Shown here: piece after piece, positions 49,048 through 62,248 of the stretch
Layout: every line of letters starts with the position of its first letter
How positions within the stretch are numbered: position 1 is the stretch's first letter
DNA from: Peribolospora baueri
Taxonomy: Eukaryota
Reading direction: 5' to 3'
NCBI GenBank assembly: GCA_029717555.1
Contig: JAMDHS010000043.1
Span: 1 to 64,000, forward strand
Length of the DNA: 64,000 nt
Translations under genes and position numbers: made by a program
The notes under the pieces: generated by a model
The model's input: the letters and a program-made list of their open reading frames with translations, nothing else
Database searches by the model: none
What the model was told of the DNA's origin: nothing

Positions 49048-51625
49048 TCAAGCCTTATCATCGCCTTCGTCCTCCAAGCTCACGTCGGCGCTCTTGTCCG
49101 CAAGCTTCCCAGCCTCGCCGTCCGTCTCGCGGCCCTTAGAAGGCCCGGTTGCCACGACGATGGAGTCCTGCATATCCTTGTCCTCCTCTTCGACCGCATG
49201 TCCGTTCGCCGCGGGCGAAGAAGCACTTCTAAGACCTACTCCGTCCTCCGTCGCACCTGCACCGCTTGCGGGAGTGGAACTGGCCGAGCGCGAGTCGACG
49301 ATGGTGCCGTTCGAGCGCCGGGCTCCAACTCGAGGTCGAAGCGCGATCTCATCCTCCTCCTCGTCCTCCCCATCGACTTCTTGGCCCTCATTGCGCATCT
49401 CCACGTCCTCATCTTCCCCGAATCGACGCCTGTTCTCCTCCTGCTGCTGCAGTCGCCCGCTCCTCCTCTCCCCGCGCGGTGCTTCCGTCGCCCTCGCCAA
49501 ACGACCGCTCCTTCTCCTCCCTGTGTCGCCCTCAACCCCGTCATCCCCGCTCGCACCTCCGTCGCCGCCTGCAGAGTACCGAAACTCACTGTCGTCCTCT
49601 CCATCCTCACCGCTGCCTCCCGTCCGCCTCCTCTTCCCCGAACTCTCTTTCTTCACTTCTTCGTCATAATGCCCCAACATCTCCTCGAACTCATCACTGT
49701 CCACCCCGCCGTTGCCAAATTGCGCGTAAGAGTAGTCCACCGCTTTGCGCGTCGAGCGTCGTGAGCGTGTGGGACGGAGCTCGTCGCGCTCTCGGGCTCG
49801 TTGGAGCATCCGGGCAGCGTCCAAATCGCGCTTGAGGCGGCGGGCGTGGAGGGCGGCGAGGCGCTGCGGGTAGCAGTGTAAATATTATCAGCACAAGCGC
49901 GGAGAGCGCACAACACGGTCGTCAATGGTTCTCTCTTGAAAGCTGCGGCCCAGCTCACCTTTTCCTCAGCCTCGATCGCGGGAAGAACGGCCTCCTCGAG
50001 CCTCTGGGCGATCTCCAAATCTGCCTTAGGGGCCTTTGGTTTGTCATCCGCTACGCCGCCAGCGCCCCCTTTCCTCTTGCCCTTGGCTTGCTTTTCCTTC
50101 TTGGCAGCAGCGACGCGCGCCCTCCTCTCCCTCCAAGCCTCGAGGTCCCACTCCTCCCCCTTCTCCTCTGCCTCCCTTTTCGCCTCCTCCTCCTCCTTCC
50201 TTGCCGCCTCCCGTGCAACCCGAGCCGCTGCAGGGTCCTCGCGCCGCAGAGAACAGATAAAGTCGAAGACTTCCGACGTAGTCGACGTGCACGCCGACCA
50301 GAGTGACTTTTTCTTGTTCGGATTGCCAGAAATGTAGACTCGGGGAGAAACTGGAAGGAATGACGGACAGGGTTAGGAACCATCGGTTTTTACATAAGAT
50401 TCTGCGGCCCCACGCCGCGTTTCATTAGCGTGCTCACCGTCCAACACCCAGACCCTCCTTTTATCGCTCGTAATACCAAATGGTTCGATGAGCAAAGGGT
50501 TCGACTCGGCGAGAGCGTTTCTTTGCTTGGTGGCGGCGAAGTAGCAGTCGTTGATGTACCCACGGACCACCTCGCTGTGAACTAGCGTGAGATCGACCAA
50601 GATGTGCATGAGTCCGAGCTGTACATCGGCAGGACAGAGGTAAAAGAGTCAGATTTCGAGAGCTTGGAAAAGAAACACATGTGAAGCTCGACTCACCTTC
50701 TGTTGCCAGTCGAGCGCCCAGAAGCCCTCAGGCTGCGCTGCCGCCAAGAAGTTCTGCTCCCAAATGTCCTGCTGGTCGAAGTTTTCTTCCAGAAGCTGTT
50801 CGGAGGAATATCAAAGCTGATCAGCATTGCCATGATTATGATAACGCGCAGCTCGGTGATGCCGTACAAAAACACACCGAGACTAGCTGCTTGTTCATAT
50901 TCTCGCCGCTGGGGCAATTGACGCCAAAAGGGAATGCCATAGCAAGAATGAGAAAAACATGTCTTACCAAATGGCCAAGGTCAGCGAGCTGTCAGCTCCG
51001 TTCTCGTAACTTACCTCACGACCTTGCCGTTGGGCTTGAGTAGCGCGAGCATCGCACAAATGACTACCTCCAACCACTTGCTCTTCCTCTTTGCCCCCTC
51101 CTTCCCCGCCCCGTTATCGAGATTCTCGCCCGAAGAGGGATAATCGCAACCCAACAGCTCCCTCTCAAGGTCCATGGCACTCCACAGCTCCCTCACATAA
51201 CTCTTCTCCAATTCGGTTCCGTTGGCCGCGCTCGCACCGGCCGTCGTGCCCGTGCCGGCGGCCCTGGTCGAGGCCCCCCAACCACCCTGCGGGTCCTTGT
51301 ATTCCTCGGTGACGGAGGAAGGGTCGAGCAGGTCGGCTGGGGAAACCTCTTCGTAGAGAACGCGGGAGAGACGGTCGCGAAGGAAACGGTTGAGGAAGGC
51401 GTAAACGTACGCCAAGGAGAAGGATTCGCGCGGGTGAGGATCAAGAGGCGGGAGCGTGCGGCGGGTTTTGGAAGAGGAAGAAGGGGAAGACAGGGGCGGA
51501 GAACCCTTAAGGTAGGAAGAGGAAGAAGTCGACAAAGACGGGGAGCGCTGTTGAGTGTGGGTGCGTCGGGGAGCATCGTTCTCGATGTCGCTCAGAGAAG
51601 TGCTGCTGGCGCTGGAAGAGTGCAT
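49048..51625 (-). CDS. WHIM1/WSD-like domain chromatin-associated protein (ISWI accessory-like), multi-exon
   Basis: HPRESFSLAYVYAFLNRF (DDT-like start); GFWALDWQQK/LGLMHILVDLTLVHSEVVRGYI (WHIM1-like); IEPFGITSDKRRVWVLD/SPRVYISGNP (WSD-like); charged low-complexity C-terminus. Confidence 0.7.
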
Positions 51626-52194
51626 AGCAGCGTAATCGGCCCGTCGCTTGGTCCGTCCGGCGAACGTCGTCACCTTTTGCTCGCTTCTTGCTTTTTTTGT
51701 CCGCCTTCTTGTGCGAATGTAATGCAATCTTGTGAGACCGACGACCGCTGTTGTTCTAGGTTCCTTATACGCTGGAAAACATCGATCGGCACCGGAAGAG
51801 CAGTGAGAGCGGACAAAAAAGCGGCGTCTGCGTTTTGTAAGGACAAGAGTGCGTGCGTCCAAAGGAGGAGTTGGAGGTGAGATGACAAGATGCGAAGGAG
51901 GGAGACGCGAAAGAGTGAAACGCGAACGCCGGATACGAAACGCGTCCGCCTCTTTGCGCGTAGACGCGATTGGAGGGTGATTACAGCGATTACAAGCGCG
52001 AGTCTTACGTCAGTTAGTCACTGGTTAGAAATGACGGACTGCATAACCCGGTGGCCGGTCCGAAGCGGCGATAGACGGAGTCTTGATCGCGCGGGCACGT
52101 GAGATGACGATCGGCGCCAAGCCCGCTCAGATCACACCCCACGTCACCGTCAGTACTCGGCTGCCTTTTCTCCTCCCACTGATCTACAACCGCC

Positions 52195-54154
52195 ATGTCA
52201 GACCACCAAACGTCCCCCGCCGCGTCGGCCCCGCTACGCTCCGCTCTCAAGTCTTCCTCCCGCCCGAGCACTCCAGCTGGTGCTGGTCCTGCCGGAGGGG
52301 GAACAAGAGCAGGCGGCGGGGACGGATCGCTTGGTGCAGGTATGTCGGTGGTTGTAGACACTGATGCCAACGGCGGTTCGCCTCGGTATGATACGGCAGC
52401 GGCGACACGAGGCAGCCCTAGCTCCAATACGGACGGCGGCGCAGGTGCGGGGGAGAAACAACCTTACCCCAAATCCGCTCCTCCCGCCAGCATCACCTTC
52501 GACCTCTCCCACACCCCGTCTCGTCCCGGCAGCGCTGCTGGCTCGAGCATAGCTACGGGGACGGGCGTGGGGAGCAGTGACAAGACGGGCTCGATTGCGA
52601 GTGGTAGCGGGATGAATACTTTTAGGAGCAGGATAGGGAGTGGTTCTGCTGGGGACCTTGTGAGACCAGGGTACGAGAGGAAGGCGAGTGCACGGTCTCC
52701 TTCGGACAGGCGGGGCGCCCCCTCCTTCGCGGGTCTCTTACATGTCACCCACTTTCTTTTTACCTGCACTCTCATTAGGTTGGCTTTGACACAATGTCAG
52801 ATGCGGGAGAGACGACGAGCGCGACTTTCTCATTCACCCTGCAGGTGAGCATTCTGCATTCGCTCCACCAGCCTCTCGCGCTGCCTGCTTGATTCTTTCA
52901 TGCGTGTGGCGGCAGATTGTGGTAGGGCGTAGAAGAATACGGATCTGACGCCATGTTTACGTCTTGTATGCCTCGTCGTTGTGCGCCGCGTAGGTCAAGT
53001 CGAAGGACTACCGGCGGACGAAAAACTCTCGCACTTTCCTATGCGCCGTCGACATGCAAGCTTACAGGTGGGCCTGGGTCGGAGTGTCGTTTTTTGAGAG
53101 ACATTCTGCTTGCGTTCTGACTCATACGGATTTTTTCTTTGTGCTGATCTTCCCCAGCCAACACGCTTTAGACTGGCTAATGGAGTCTTTGGTGGAGGAC
53201 GGCGACGAGATCGTGGTCCTGCGCGTTCTTGAAGGCGATGCGGATGGTGAGTGCGATGTGTTTGTCAATCACGTCTACGCGATCTGTGGACGATCGCACT
53301 CCTTCCGCCCTAATCTTCCGCCCCGTTCTTACCGCCACTTTTTTTCTTCTCTTTCTGCAGAGATTGACCAAGGCGAGGCGAGGGAGGAGGCCAGGAGTCT
53401 TATAGAGAAGATGCAGGAATTGAACGAAGATTTTGAAGATCGCCCGGTGAGTGCTTGTGACTGCACTCTTGATCTGCGTGGAGTCATGTTTCTTGCGCTA
53501 GCTTCCGACCCAACGGCTGTCCTTATCGCTACCTCCTATGTCGTCTCCTGCAGATCTCCATTGTAGTCGAGTTTATCGCGGGGCGCGTCACGTCCACGAT
53601 CCTGCACATCATCGCCATGTACCGTCCGGACAGCTTGATCGTGGGCACGCGAGGCAAGTCGAGCAACGTGGTGCAGAAGATGTTTGGCGGGACCAGCATG
53701 GGAAGCGTCAGCAGGTGAGTGGGCTCCCGAGGCCTTCGCCGATGTCGACACTTTCTCTGTCTCCATGCGCGGACGCTATTTTAACTGCGATTGGCCAATC
53801 TGACCCCCTTCCCATCCTCGTTTTGGAAAGGTTCGCCGTGTCGCACTCTCCCGTGCCCGTAGTGGTGGTACGGCCGGAGGCAAAGGTGAAAAAGGCTAGG
53901 GAGAAGCGACAGGGGGATCCGAAGAGGAAGATCTACCAGTGAGTTGCCTATGCAGATGGTGGATCGATGTTTCCAGGTGTCAAGCGTCTCTCTGTGTTCG
54001 GAAAGTCCTGCTTGTTTGAAGTCTATCAGTTCCGGGAACGTGCTGCTCCCTTACTCCCTCGTCGCTCGCTCTTGCCATCCATCCGTCCAGGTCCCTCATA
54101 CGGGGCGACAAGCACCTGGCGATGTCACGCACGAAGAGCTGGCAGCCGTCATGA
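52195..54154 (+). CDS. Universal stress protein (USP) domain protein, multi-exon; first intron is GC-AG
   Basis: GYERK/VGFDTM...FSFTLQ/VKSKDYRRTKNSRTFLCAVD...ALDWLMESLVEDGDEIVVLRV; ISIVVEFIAGRV...MYRPDSLIVGTRG...GSVSR/FAVSHSPVPVVVVRP; stop at 54152-54154. Confidence 0.9.
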
Positions 54155-54793
54155 ACTGTCGAACGCATGTCCGCTGAGCCTCATGCGTCGCAGAGCACAT
54201 CAGCAAGGTCGTAACGGCAAAGACGCCCAGTTCGTCTTTTCCATCCGTCGTATTTCCCTCTCCTTTGCCCCATATCGCTACTTCCATGCACGTCTTTATT
54301 ATACCTTTTGCTTCGTCGTCTCTAAGACGCCACCTTGTTCTTGGCCCTTGTCCAGTCAGGTAGACTCAGGTCTGGGTTGTATTTTATGTCATGCGTTTGC
54401 TCTGCTTTTTTCGCTAGAATCTATGGTGTCCCTTTGGTCGGTCTGGTATCCGAGCTGGCGCGAGAGTTTATGAGTTCGAGCGTGTATCCGGGGTTCGCGG
54501 GGGACATCCATCCATCCTCTGTGAGAGAAGCACTCGCAAGGCTGGGCGACGGCCGCGTTACGAGTGTGCTTGGCCGCCTCCCGGTCGCTCCGCTCGAATG
54601 ACCCCCGATGAAGCTGTAGAATGGGACAAGGGAAGAAGCGAGCTGGACGGGGGGCCGGATATATCGACGTCATCCTCGGACAACCTCGCCGACCCGCCGA
54701 CTATCCAGTGTCTCAAAGCGCCCTCCAGTCACTGACTTCTTCGGCAAGACGCACATCTCGACTCGAGCAGACAGACCATCGACGTCGACGAAC

Positions 54794-57700
54794 ATGGCGA
54801 GCAGCACGACAAAAGTGCGAAGGGCCGGCAAAGCTTGTGAGTTATCGTCCTCCGTCTTACGTCGACCGGCCCCGCAACCCCCTGGCCACCCGTCCATCCG
54901 CCCACACCCGTACTTCCGCTCGCGCTCCCGCTCTCTGTTCTGTCATCCCCCTCATGTCATCTCCACTCTCATCCTCATATCCTCGTCCCCGTCCCCACCC
55001 CCATCCCACGCTCGCCCTCGCTTGCATCCTTCTTTCTCCCTCCAGGTGAACCATGTCGATCCCGAAAGACTCGCTGCGTCAGGACGCCGGCGCGAGAGCC
55101 AAAGACCGCATCCGTATCCGGCTTGTTGGCGTCCGCAGAGTTGGGAGAGCTCGCAGAGGGGGCCATGGACAAGGAAGAGGAGGCACTCAAGGAACCGCCA
55201 TGTCAAGCTTGCGTTGAGCTCGGCACCGAGGCGCTATGCCGTTACAGGGAGAAGGCGAGACCGAGGAGGTGAGCACGCCAACGTGAATGGAGACTATGCG
55301 GCGCCATGCAATGCACACCGAGAAGAGGAATGAGAGAACAATCATCGCACCTATTCCACCTCTGCATGCCGCCCTGCCTGCACAGGACAAGGTCATGATG
55401 GCTGACCATCACACCTCCCTGTCCCAACACCAGAGTCCGGCGTGCAAACCCCCCCTCCGCATCTTGGGACTCGCACAAAGAACCAACTCGTCAAGCGTCC
55501 TTCACCAGCCTTTCAGACTCGCCACAACAGAGCGCCTCAGCAACGGCCCTCGATACGTGCAGACGGTTCACGCCTGTTCTTAGTCTTTCCCAGGCCGTCA
55601 TCGAGGAGGGCAGGAGACGAGTAGGTGAGTCGCCTAAGAGTCCATCTTGGCGCACGTGCGGCGGCCTATATCGTACTGATGTTTGGACGGGACATGCACC
55701 TTGTCGGCGGCCGTCCCGCAGGCTTTACCGTCCAGCTCCTCCCAAGAATCAAAGACGAGAAAGAGCTCCTAGTGCATGACGACCCCCTCCCCCCACTGTC
55801 ACAAATCGGTCTTGGTCAATGGTCGCGCGAACAGGTCGAATCGTCCGCCAAGCTCGCGGCGCGCTGGGTCGATAGCTTTTTCAAGGCCTACACCCACGTT
55901 GTCCCCTTTCTCGACCCGACAAAAGTTCAGGCCCTCGCCACTTATGCGTTCCCCATGCCAGACGCCTTCGTGGAGCGTGGTGCGCTCACTGACGAGGGAC
56001 ATCCCATCCCGCCAGACGAGAGGGCGCTCTTGCTCATCGTCCTTGCTTTCGGCGCCATGCGAGCCTTGGGTTTGGACATCTCGACAGCCCACCAGTCCCA
56101 CGGCTCCGCCGCGCCCACGACCGCCCCCTGTATCCTTTTCCATCACGCCAGCGACCTCCTCGACACCATCCAGGCGCCGAGTGAGACTTTGGTAGAGGCA
56201 GTCTTCCTTCAGGATCTCTACATTTCTGGGATGTTCGTCGGACAGAGGGCTCACGAAGGTGAGTTGCTGGTGCTCCAATGTCCTTTCTCTGTGGAGCGTC
56301 GAATCCTTACGACGAACTGACGGCTGATGCGATCGGCGTTTCGCCGCCGCTCCTCTCAGTGATACAAAGGGCGGCCAAATTAGCCAAAGAAATCGGTCTT
56401 CATCTGCCGCCTACGCCGAGCCAGGAGGCCATTATGGGCGAGCGTACGAGGCGCAGGCGGGCTCTCCTGTTCCTGTACGTGTATCACGCCGACATGTGAG
56501 TTGTGCTCCTCTATCCCTACGGCTCTTCCTCATTTCGCCACTTGGTCGACCTAACCCAAACACCCGCGTTTCCGCCTCCTATCCTCTCTCGTCGCAGCTA
56601 CTGGTGCCTTCTCGCGGATAAGCCCCCGGTGTTCCACGTGGCGGATGTGCAAACCAGCATCTTCGAGCCGCTGGCGGAGAAGTCGTCCCCGATGCCGGTC
56701 TACTTCCACAATCGATCCGGTTCGGAGGGCTTGCACGTCGTCATGACCAACATGCGTCCCTTTCTCGACCTCTGCCACGTACAAGCAAAGTTGCTCAATT
56801 GGATATGGTGTCCCGATCGTGGCAGCCCAGACGACGTCGTCCTCAGCACCTTGAAGTATGAGGCAGAGCTGGCGACGTGGCGAGCCAACCAAGATAACGA
56901 TGAGCCGGAGGAAAAGCCGAGCTCTTCTGGTGATAAGCTCAGGAAACTGGCCAAGAGGGGTGATCAGCTCGCCCGCGACGTTTATTTCTCTTGGTACGTT
57001 GCGAACTGAGTATTCGGCGTGGCTCCCGATTCTCAGGGCTGGGCTCGATGCTGATGCTGACCGACTCGTCGTGATCGGTTATTTTTGACCAGGGCTCGCT
57101 TAGCCATCAGAGCTCCGTTTCTCTCCCACCCTCTCCTCGCACACTCCTCCCTCCTCGTCTGCCTTCGCTGCGCCGTTCGCGGAGTGGACATTCTCACGGA
57201 GGTGTACAAAAGCGCCGTCTTGCACCCGTCGTGGGTACACCTCTATCGCGTCTCCATCTGCGCGCAGGTCTTCCTGCTCGGGTTCTGGAAGAACGAGCTG
57301 TTGCGTGATGAGACTAGAGAGTACGTGTGGAAGGTGGTCATGCTGTGCGACAAGATGGTCCACAAGGTGACCGCTGCGCGGGAGGTTCGTGACACTTTGG
57401 CCCAAGTGGCTACAGCGGCGGGTGAGTCTGCTGGTCACTTTCATCGTCGGAACCACCCGTCGGCTAATCCGCTAATTCCCATCGTATATTTGTTTCACCC
57501 ACCTCATCATTGAAAGGCCTCGAGCCGCCCAAGGAGTACGCTTTAGTACATGACGTACCCTGCAAGCCGGCGTCCGACACGGCTCAGAGCCGAGCAGGAC
57601 AGGATTCAGGTCACACTCAGCGTCTCGTCGAGCAGCCGGCTCCGCATGCGCATCAGCAACAGCACCAGATGTCCGCAGAGACGTACCCGGTACACACGTC

Positions 57701-58754
57701 GTATGATTACCATGCTCTGCCCCGTATTCCCCTCGCGACCCTCCCCTCCGCCGACGAGGTCCCCGGTGGGGAGGCCCCCAGGATGGAGCAAGCGTCGACG
57801 ACGCGCCTCGATGCCGCCGCTGCTCTGGTCGGCCTTTCTTCCGCTTCCTCTCCAGACCATCCCGGCCATTCCGACCATTCCGACTTACCCTCCGCCGCCG
57901 CTGTCGCCGCCGCCGCTGCTGCTGTCACCGCCACCGGACCGGTATCAATGCACGACATTTCCGACGTCTATCAAATCCCACAAATGAACCTTGCTGACGA
58001 TGTCCAAATGTCTGTAGGGACCGCGACGGCGACAAACGACGCGGCGTTGGCGGCCGTTCCCGCGGAGCACGTCCTGTTCTCCACGGAACCGGTGGGCATG
58101 TGGTTCCTGAGCAACATGAGTGTGTTCGATAACGACGATCCAGTGGACATGTTTTTTAACTGGGGGTGCGCGGCCGATTCGGGGACCGGGAATGCGGCCC
58201 CGGGAGATGGAGCTGGCGGAAGTGGGAGTAACGATGGGAACAGGACCGTTCATGGCCACGCTGGCGGTGAGAATGGTCCCGTTGACGAACACGGAACCGG
58301 AGACGGGATGGGGAGCTATGGTGGGGAGAGAAATGGAACGGCCGGTGCCGTCCGTGGAGCTGGGGAGGGGTTGGCATACGACCCAGTGCAGGGACATTCG
58401 GGGCAGCAAGCGCACCATGCCTACCACCAACACGACGATCACCAACATTCGCATGGGCTACCACAACATCAACAGTCTCAGCAACAGCTTGAGCCCCAAT
58501 ATCCAAAAGCTCCTGCACAAATGCACGCGAACCAGCAGCACCGTCCCCAGCCCGCTCCTGCTCAGCCTCCCCATTTCCCTCCGGCGCAGCACCAGCACTC
58601 CGAAGCCCACGCGCATCAACATCAGAACCTGCATACGCGTATCCACCCACCACCACCCTTCCTTCTTCCTCTGCCTCTCCCATCTCCGCATGCCCCATCT
58701 TACCCGCACGAGTACCAGCACCAGCACCAGCATTCTTCCTATCCTCAGCACTAA
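54794..58754 (+). CDS. Zn(II)2Cys6 fungal transcription factor with middle-homology region and Gln/His-rich tail
   Basis: Exon 1 54794-54836 plus exon 2 55046-55268 give KACEPCRSRKTRC-x41-CQACVELGTEALC; later WVDSFFKAYTHVVPFLD, RALLLIVLAFGA, AAKLAKEIGLHL...RRRRALLFLYVY (Fungal_trans-like). Confidence 0.88.
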
Positions 58755-59367
58755 TTTAATACACCACATTAACACCGTGCGGTTCCACATATTCCCACCG
58801 TCTTCCTCGTCTCCGTACCATTTTGGCCAGGGACGGTAGAAGACGCACGAGCGCGCTCGTTCTCTTACTCCCTTTAACTGGCCATCATCCCGGACATCGA
58901 AGGGCGGGAGAGTCGCGCTTTGAAGTTTCGTCGGCTCCCTCGCTCCTCCCCGTCCTTCTTACGTAATTAGATTGTCACACGTCTGCATCCTTTTCTGTCT
59001 GCAATGGGATATCAGTCTCCACTTTCTCCTGTCTACTCTTCCTTCCTCCCCGTTGCGGTCCGTGCCTGGAAGCACCAACGATCCTACGTACACGCTGCGC
59101 CGTCCTGCCTGCCCAGTTCGTCTTCATCCCCGCGCAGTTGCGTTTAGCTTACACGCATGGCCGAACGGTGCTTGGAAGATCGGCGTCGGGATGGCCGCAG
59201 CTACGGCTACCTAATATCAGTCACGTGGCTGGGAACGTACCGCCTTGTCATCGAGCGACGAACGATGGACTGAAACTCGAACGAGGTTCCATCGCACATT
59301 CTTGCGCCTTATCTATACCTAACTTCCTTCTTTCTTCACGCCGGCAGGCGATAGAAAGCGAAGCAGT

Positions 59368-62044
59368 ATGGACGACCTCCTCGATCTCGATTGGGACGCC
59401 TCGTCGAGCGTCAAGCCGCCAGCTCGCCCGGCCGACAGCGCGCCTTCATTCGACTTGCTTTCTTCTACCGCGCGATCCTTCAATACCCCCTCGCCCTCTC
59501 TGACACAACAGCAACAGCAACATCGACCGCCCAACACAGGCGCGCATAGAACTCCGGTTAGCCACGCTCCCAACTACTACTCTTCCTCTCAGCAACCGCA
59601 AAGTTCCGCCACTCAGGCAGCAGCTCCGCCGAGCGAGTCAGCAGACGCCTTCTCGTCCCTCCTATCGTTTTCTACCTCCTCTTCCGCCAACCTCAGCATG
59701 GCCGAGCGCCAAAAAGCTCTTTCCGAAGAAGCGAAACGCAAGGCGGAAAGGGAGAAGAACGAGCTCGAGGCGCTCTACGGTGGCACCAGTGGGGGAAGCT
59801 TCTGGGACAGCATGGGCGGCACCAACGGTGCCTCACAGACGCCGGGCTCGGCTCTCCCGCCAAATCCCTCTCGGCCGGCGAAGTCCTTGCAACCAGTGAA
59901 GCCACAATCCTCTCCTCTCGATTCTCCGTCGTACCCCACTCAGAATCTTGCCACGTTTTCCTCGGAGGGCACCGGTGGCCAACTAGCGGTTGCGGAGGGC
60001 GATCTCTTTGGCTCAGAGGCTCCCGTTACGACGGCGTCGGTTTCCACACCTTCTTTGGTCAGCGCTAGTGGCCAACTAGAGGTTGCAGAGGGTGATCTCT
60101 TTGGCTCAGAAGCTCCCATTACGACGGCGGCAGTTTCCACGACTTCCTCAGCCAGCGCTACCGGCCAGGCAGAAAGGGAGAAGAACGAGCTCGATGCTCT
60201 GTATGGAGGCTCCAGTGCGGGAACCTTTTGGGACAGCATGGGCAGCACCGACGATGCGCTACCGGAACCGGACTCGTCTCTCCCCTCAAAGCCCTCTCGG
60301 CCGGCGAAATCCTCACAACCAATGAAGCCACAATCCTCTCCTCATCCGTTGTTACCCCCTCGGCGTCTTGCCACTTCTTCCTCGAAGAGAGCCGGTCACC
60401 AACGAACGGCTCCGGAGGACGATGCCTTTGGCTCAGAAACCCTTGTGACGACGGGGACGGCTTCCACTTCTTCCTCGACGAGCGCGGGTGGCAAGCTAGC
60501 GGCCAGGATGGGCGATCTCTTCGGCTCAAAGGGTTCCATGACGACGGCGGCGGTTTCCAAATCTTTGTCAAAGGGTGCCAATGGCCTGCTAGCGGCCGTA
60601 GAGGGGTATGTGGGCGGGTATATGGGCGATTTTTTCGGCTCAAAGGACTCTGTGCCAGAGGCGGCGGAATCGTCTTCCAGGGCCGCGACTCCTTCAAAGC
60701 GCCGACCTTACGTCTCCTCAGCCCGACATCGCGTGCCCCAAAGGACTGGCACGCCGTCCGCTTCTGCGTCCCAACCGGCGGTGTCGCCGTCCTCGCCCGA
60801 GCCGTCCCCACTCGAGTCGTCCCTTCTCGAGCCGTCCATGCTCGAGCCGTCCCCGCCCGAGCCGTCCCCGCCCACTCCGCCGCTCCCGATGCTTCAGCGC
60901 CAGCTTGTCGCCGCCTCTCCGTCCGCGCTCTCCGCCTCGCTGAGCCTGAAGGAGAAAGGCAACGCCGCTTTCAAACTAGGCTCATATGCCGATGCTGAAG
61001 TGGCCTACACCTCCGCCATCAATGCCCTTCCCGACGGCCACCTGCGCTTGGTCACACTATTCAACAACCGCGCAAACGCGCGGCTCAAGAACGGAGACCA
61101 CTCGGGCGCTGCGGCGGACGCTTCGGCAGCGTTGGGCATCATCGTCATCGCTCCCGAGTCGAGCGCCGAGCAGCCGACGTGGAACGAGAAGGACGAGGCG
61201 CCGCTGCCGTCGGGAGCTGAGTATGAGGACCTAAGTCTGCGGGACGCGTACGTCAAGGCGCTCAGCAGGCGGGCGATGGCGAGGGAGATGAGTGAGAAGT
61301 GGAGCCAGGCAGCCGAGGACTGGCAGAGGCTTCTCGACTCTGAAAGGGAGGCCGGTCGCGCGGCTGGCGCGGGGGCAAGGGGCGCGAGGGAGGGTAAAGC
61401 GAGGTGCGACAAGATGCTGGGTACCGGCGGAGCGTCCGCCTGTCTCCCTCCATTTTCCTCCTCCTCTTCTGCCGCTGCCGCGGCCGCGGCAACATCCTCT
61501 CGCCCCCGACCTCAGGCGCGACCGCCAGCACGGAGACCGGACCAGCCGGCGTCAACGGACTCTTCTGAAGCGGTCTCTGCCCTGCGCGCCACCGCTGCGG
61601 CAGCAGATGCGGAGGACAACCAGCGTCTCTCACTCAAGGACGGGGTGGACGCCAAGGTCAGCGCGTGGACGGCGGGCAAAGAAGGCAACTTGAGGGCGCT
61701 CATCGCGAGCTTTGACTCGGTCGCCTGGGAAGGTCTCGGGTGGAAAAAGGTGGGCATGCACGAGCTCGTCACTGACAAGCAGCTCAAGGTGCAATACACA
61801 AAGGCCATTTCAAGGTTGCATCCTGACAAGGTGAGCGGTCGAGCGATGGGAGAAGAGAGGTCACCAGCGATGCGACGGCAGCTCACGAAACTCGTTTGTA
61901 TATTTCCCCTTCCCCACCTGTCGCTGGGACGCCTCAACACGTGGCATCTCGCAGCTCAAGTCGAGCAACACTTCTCTGGAGCAACGGATGGTTGCGGCCG
62001 CCGCTTTCAGCGTGCTCAACGATGCGTGGAACGCGCAGAAATAG
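59368..62044 (+). CDS. SWA2: Auxilin-like clathrin-uncoating factor (Swa2-like): low-complexity N-terminus, TPRs, C-terminal J domain
   Basis: MDDLLDLDW start; DAFSSLL; TPR KEKGNAAFKLGSYADAEVAYTSAI...NNRANARLKNG; W..GKEGNLRALIAS...WKKVGMHELV...YTKAISRLHPDK; intron 61831-61954; last exon EQRMVAAAAFSVLNDAWNAQK*. Confidence 0.9.
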
Positions 62045-62248
62045 TTCTTATAGGGTATAATAGAGGCGACGGAGAGCGGGAGTAATGGATGAATGGACAT
62101 GTGGGGATGTGTGCCTGAACGTGGAAGGCCGGGCGGCCTGGAAGGGCACGGTAAATGTATTCTGAGTGGGCTGAGTGTCTCTTAGCTAGAGGCGAGAGCG
62201 ATCTCTTTAGTTTCGAAGGCGGAACGGAGCGATTTTGGATTTCCTCGC

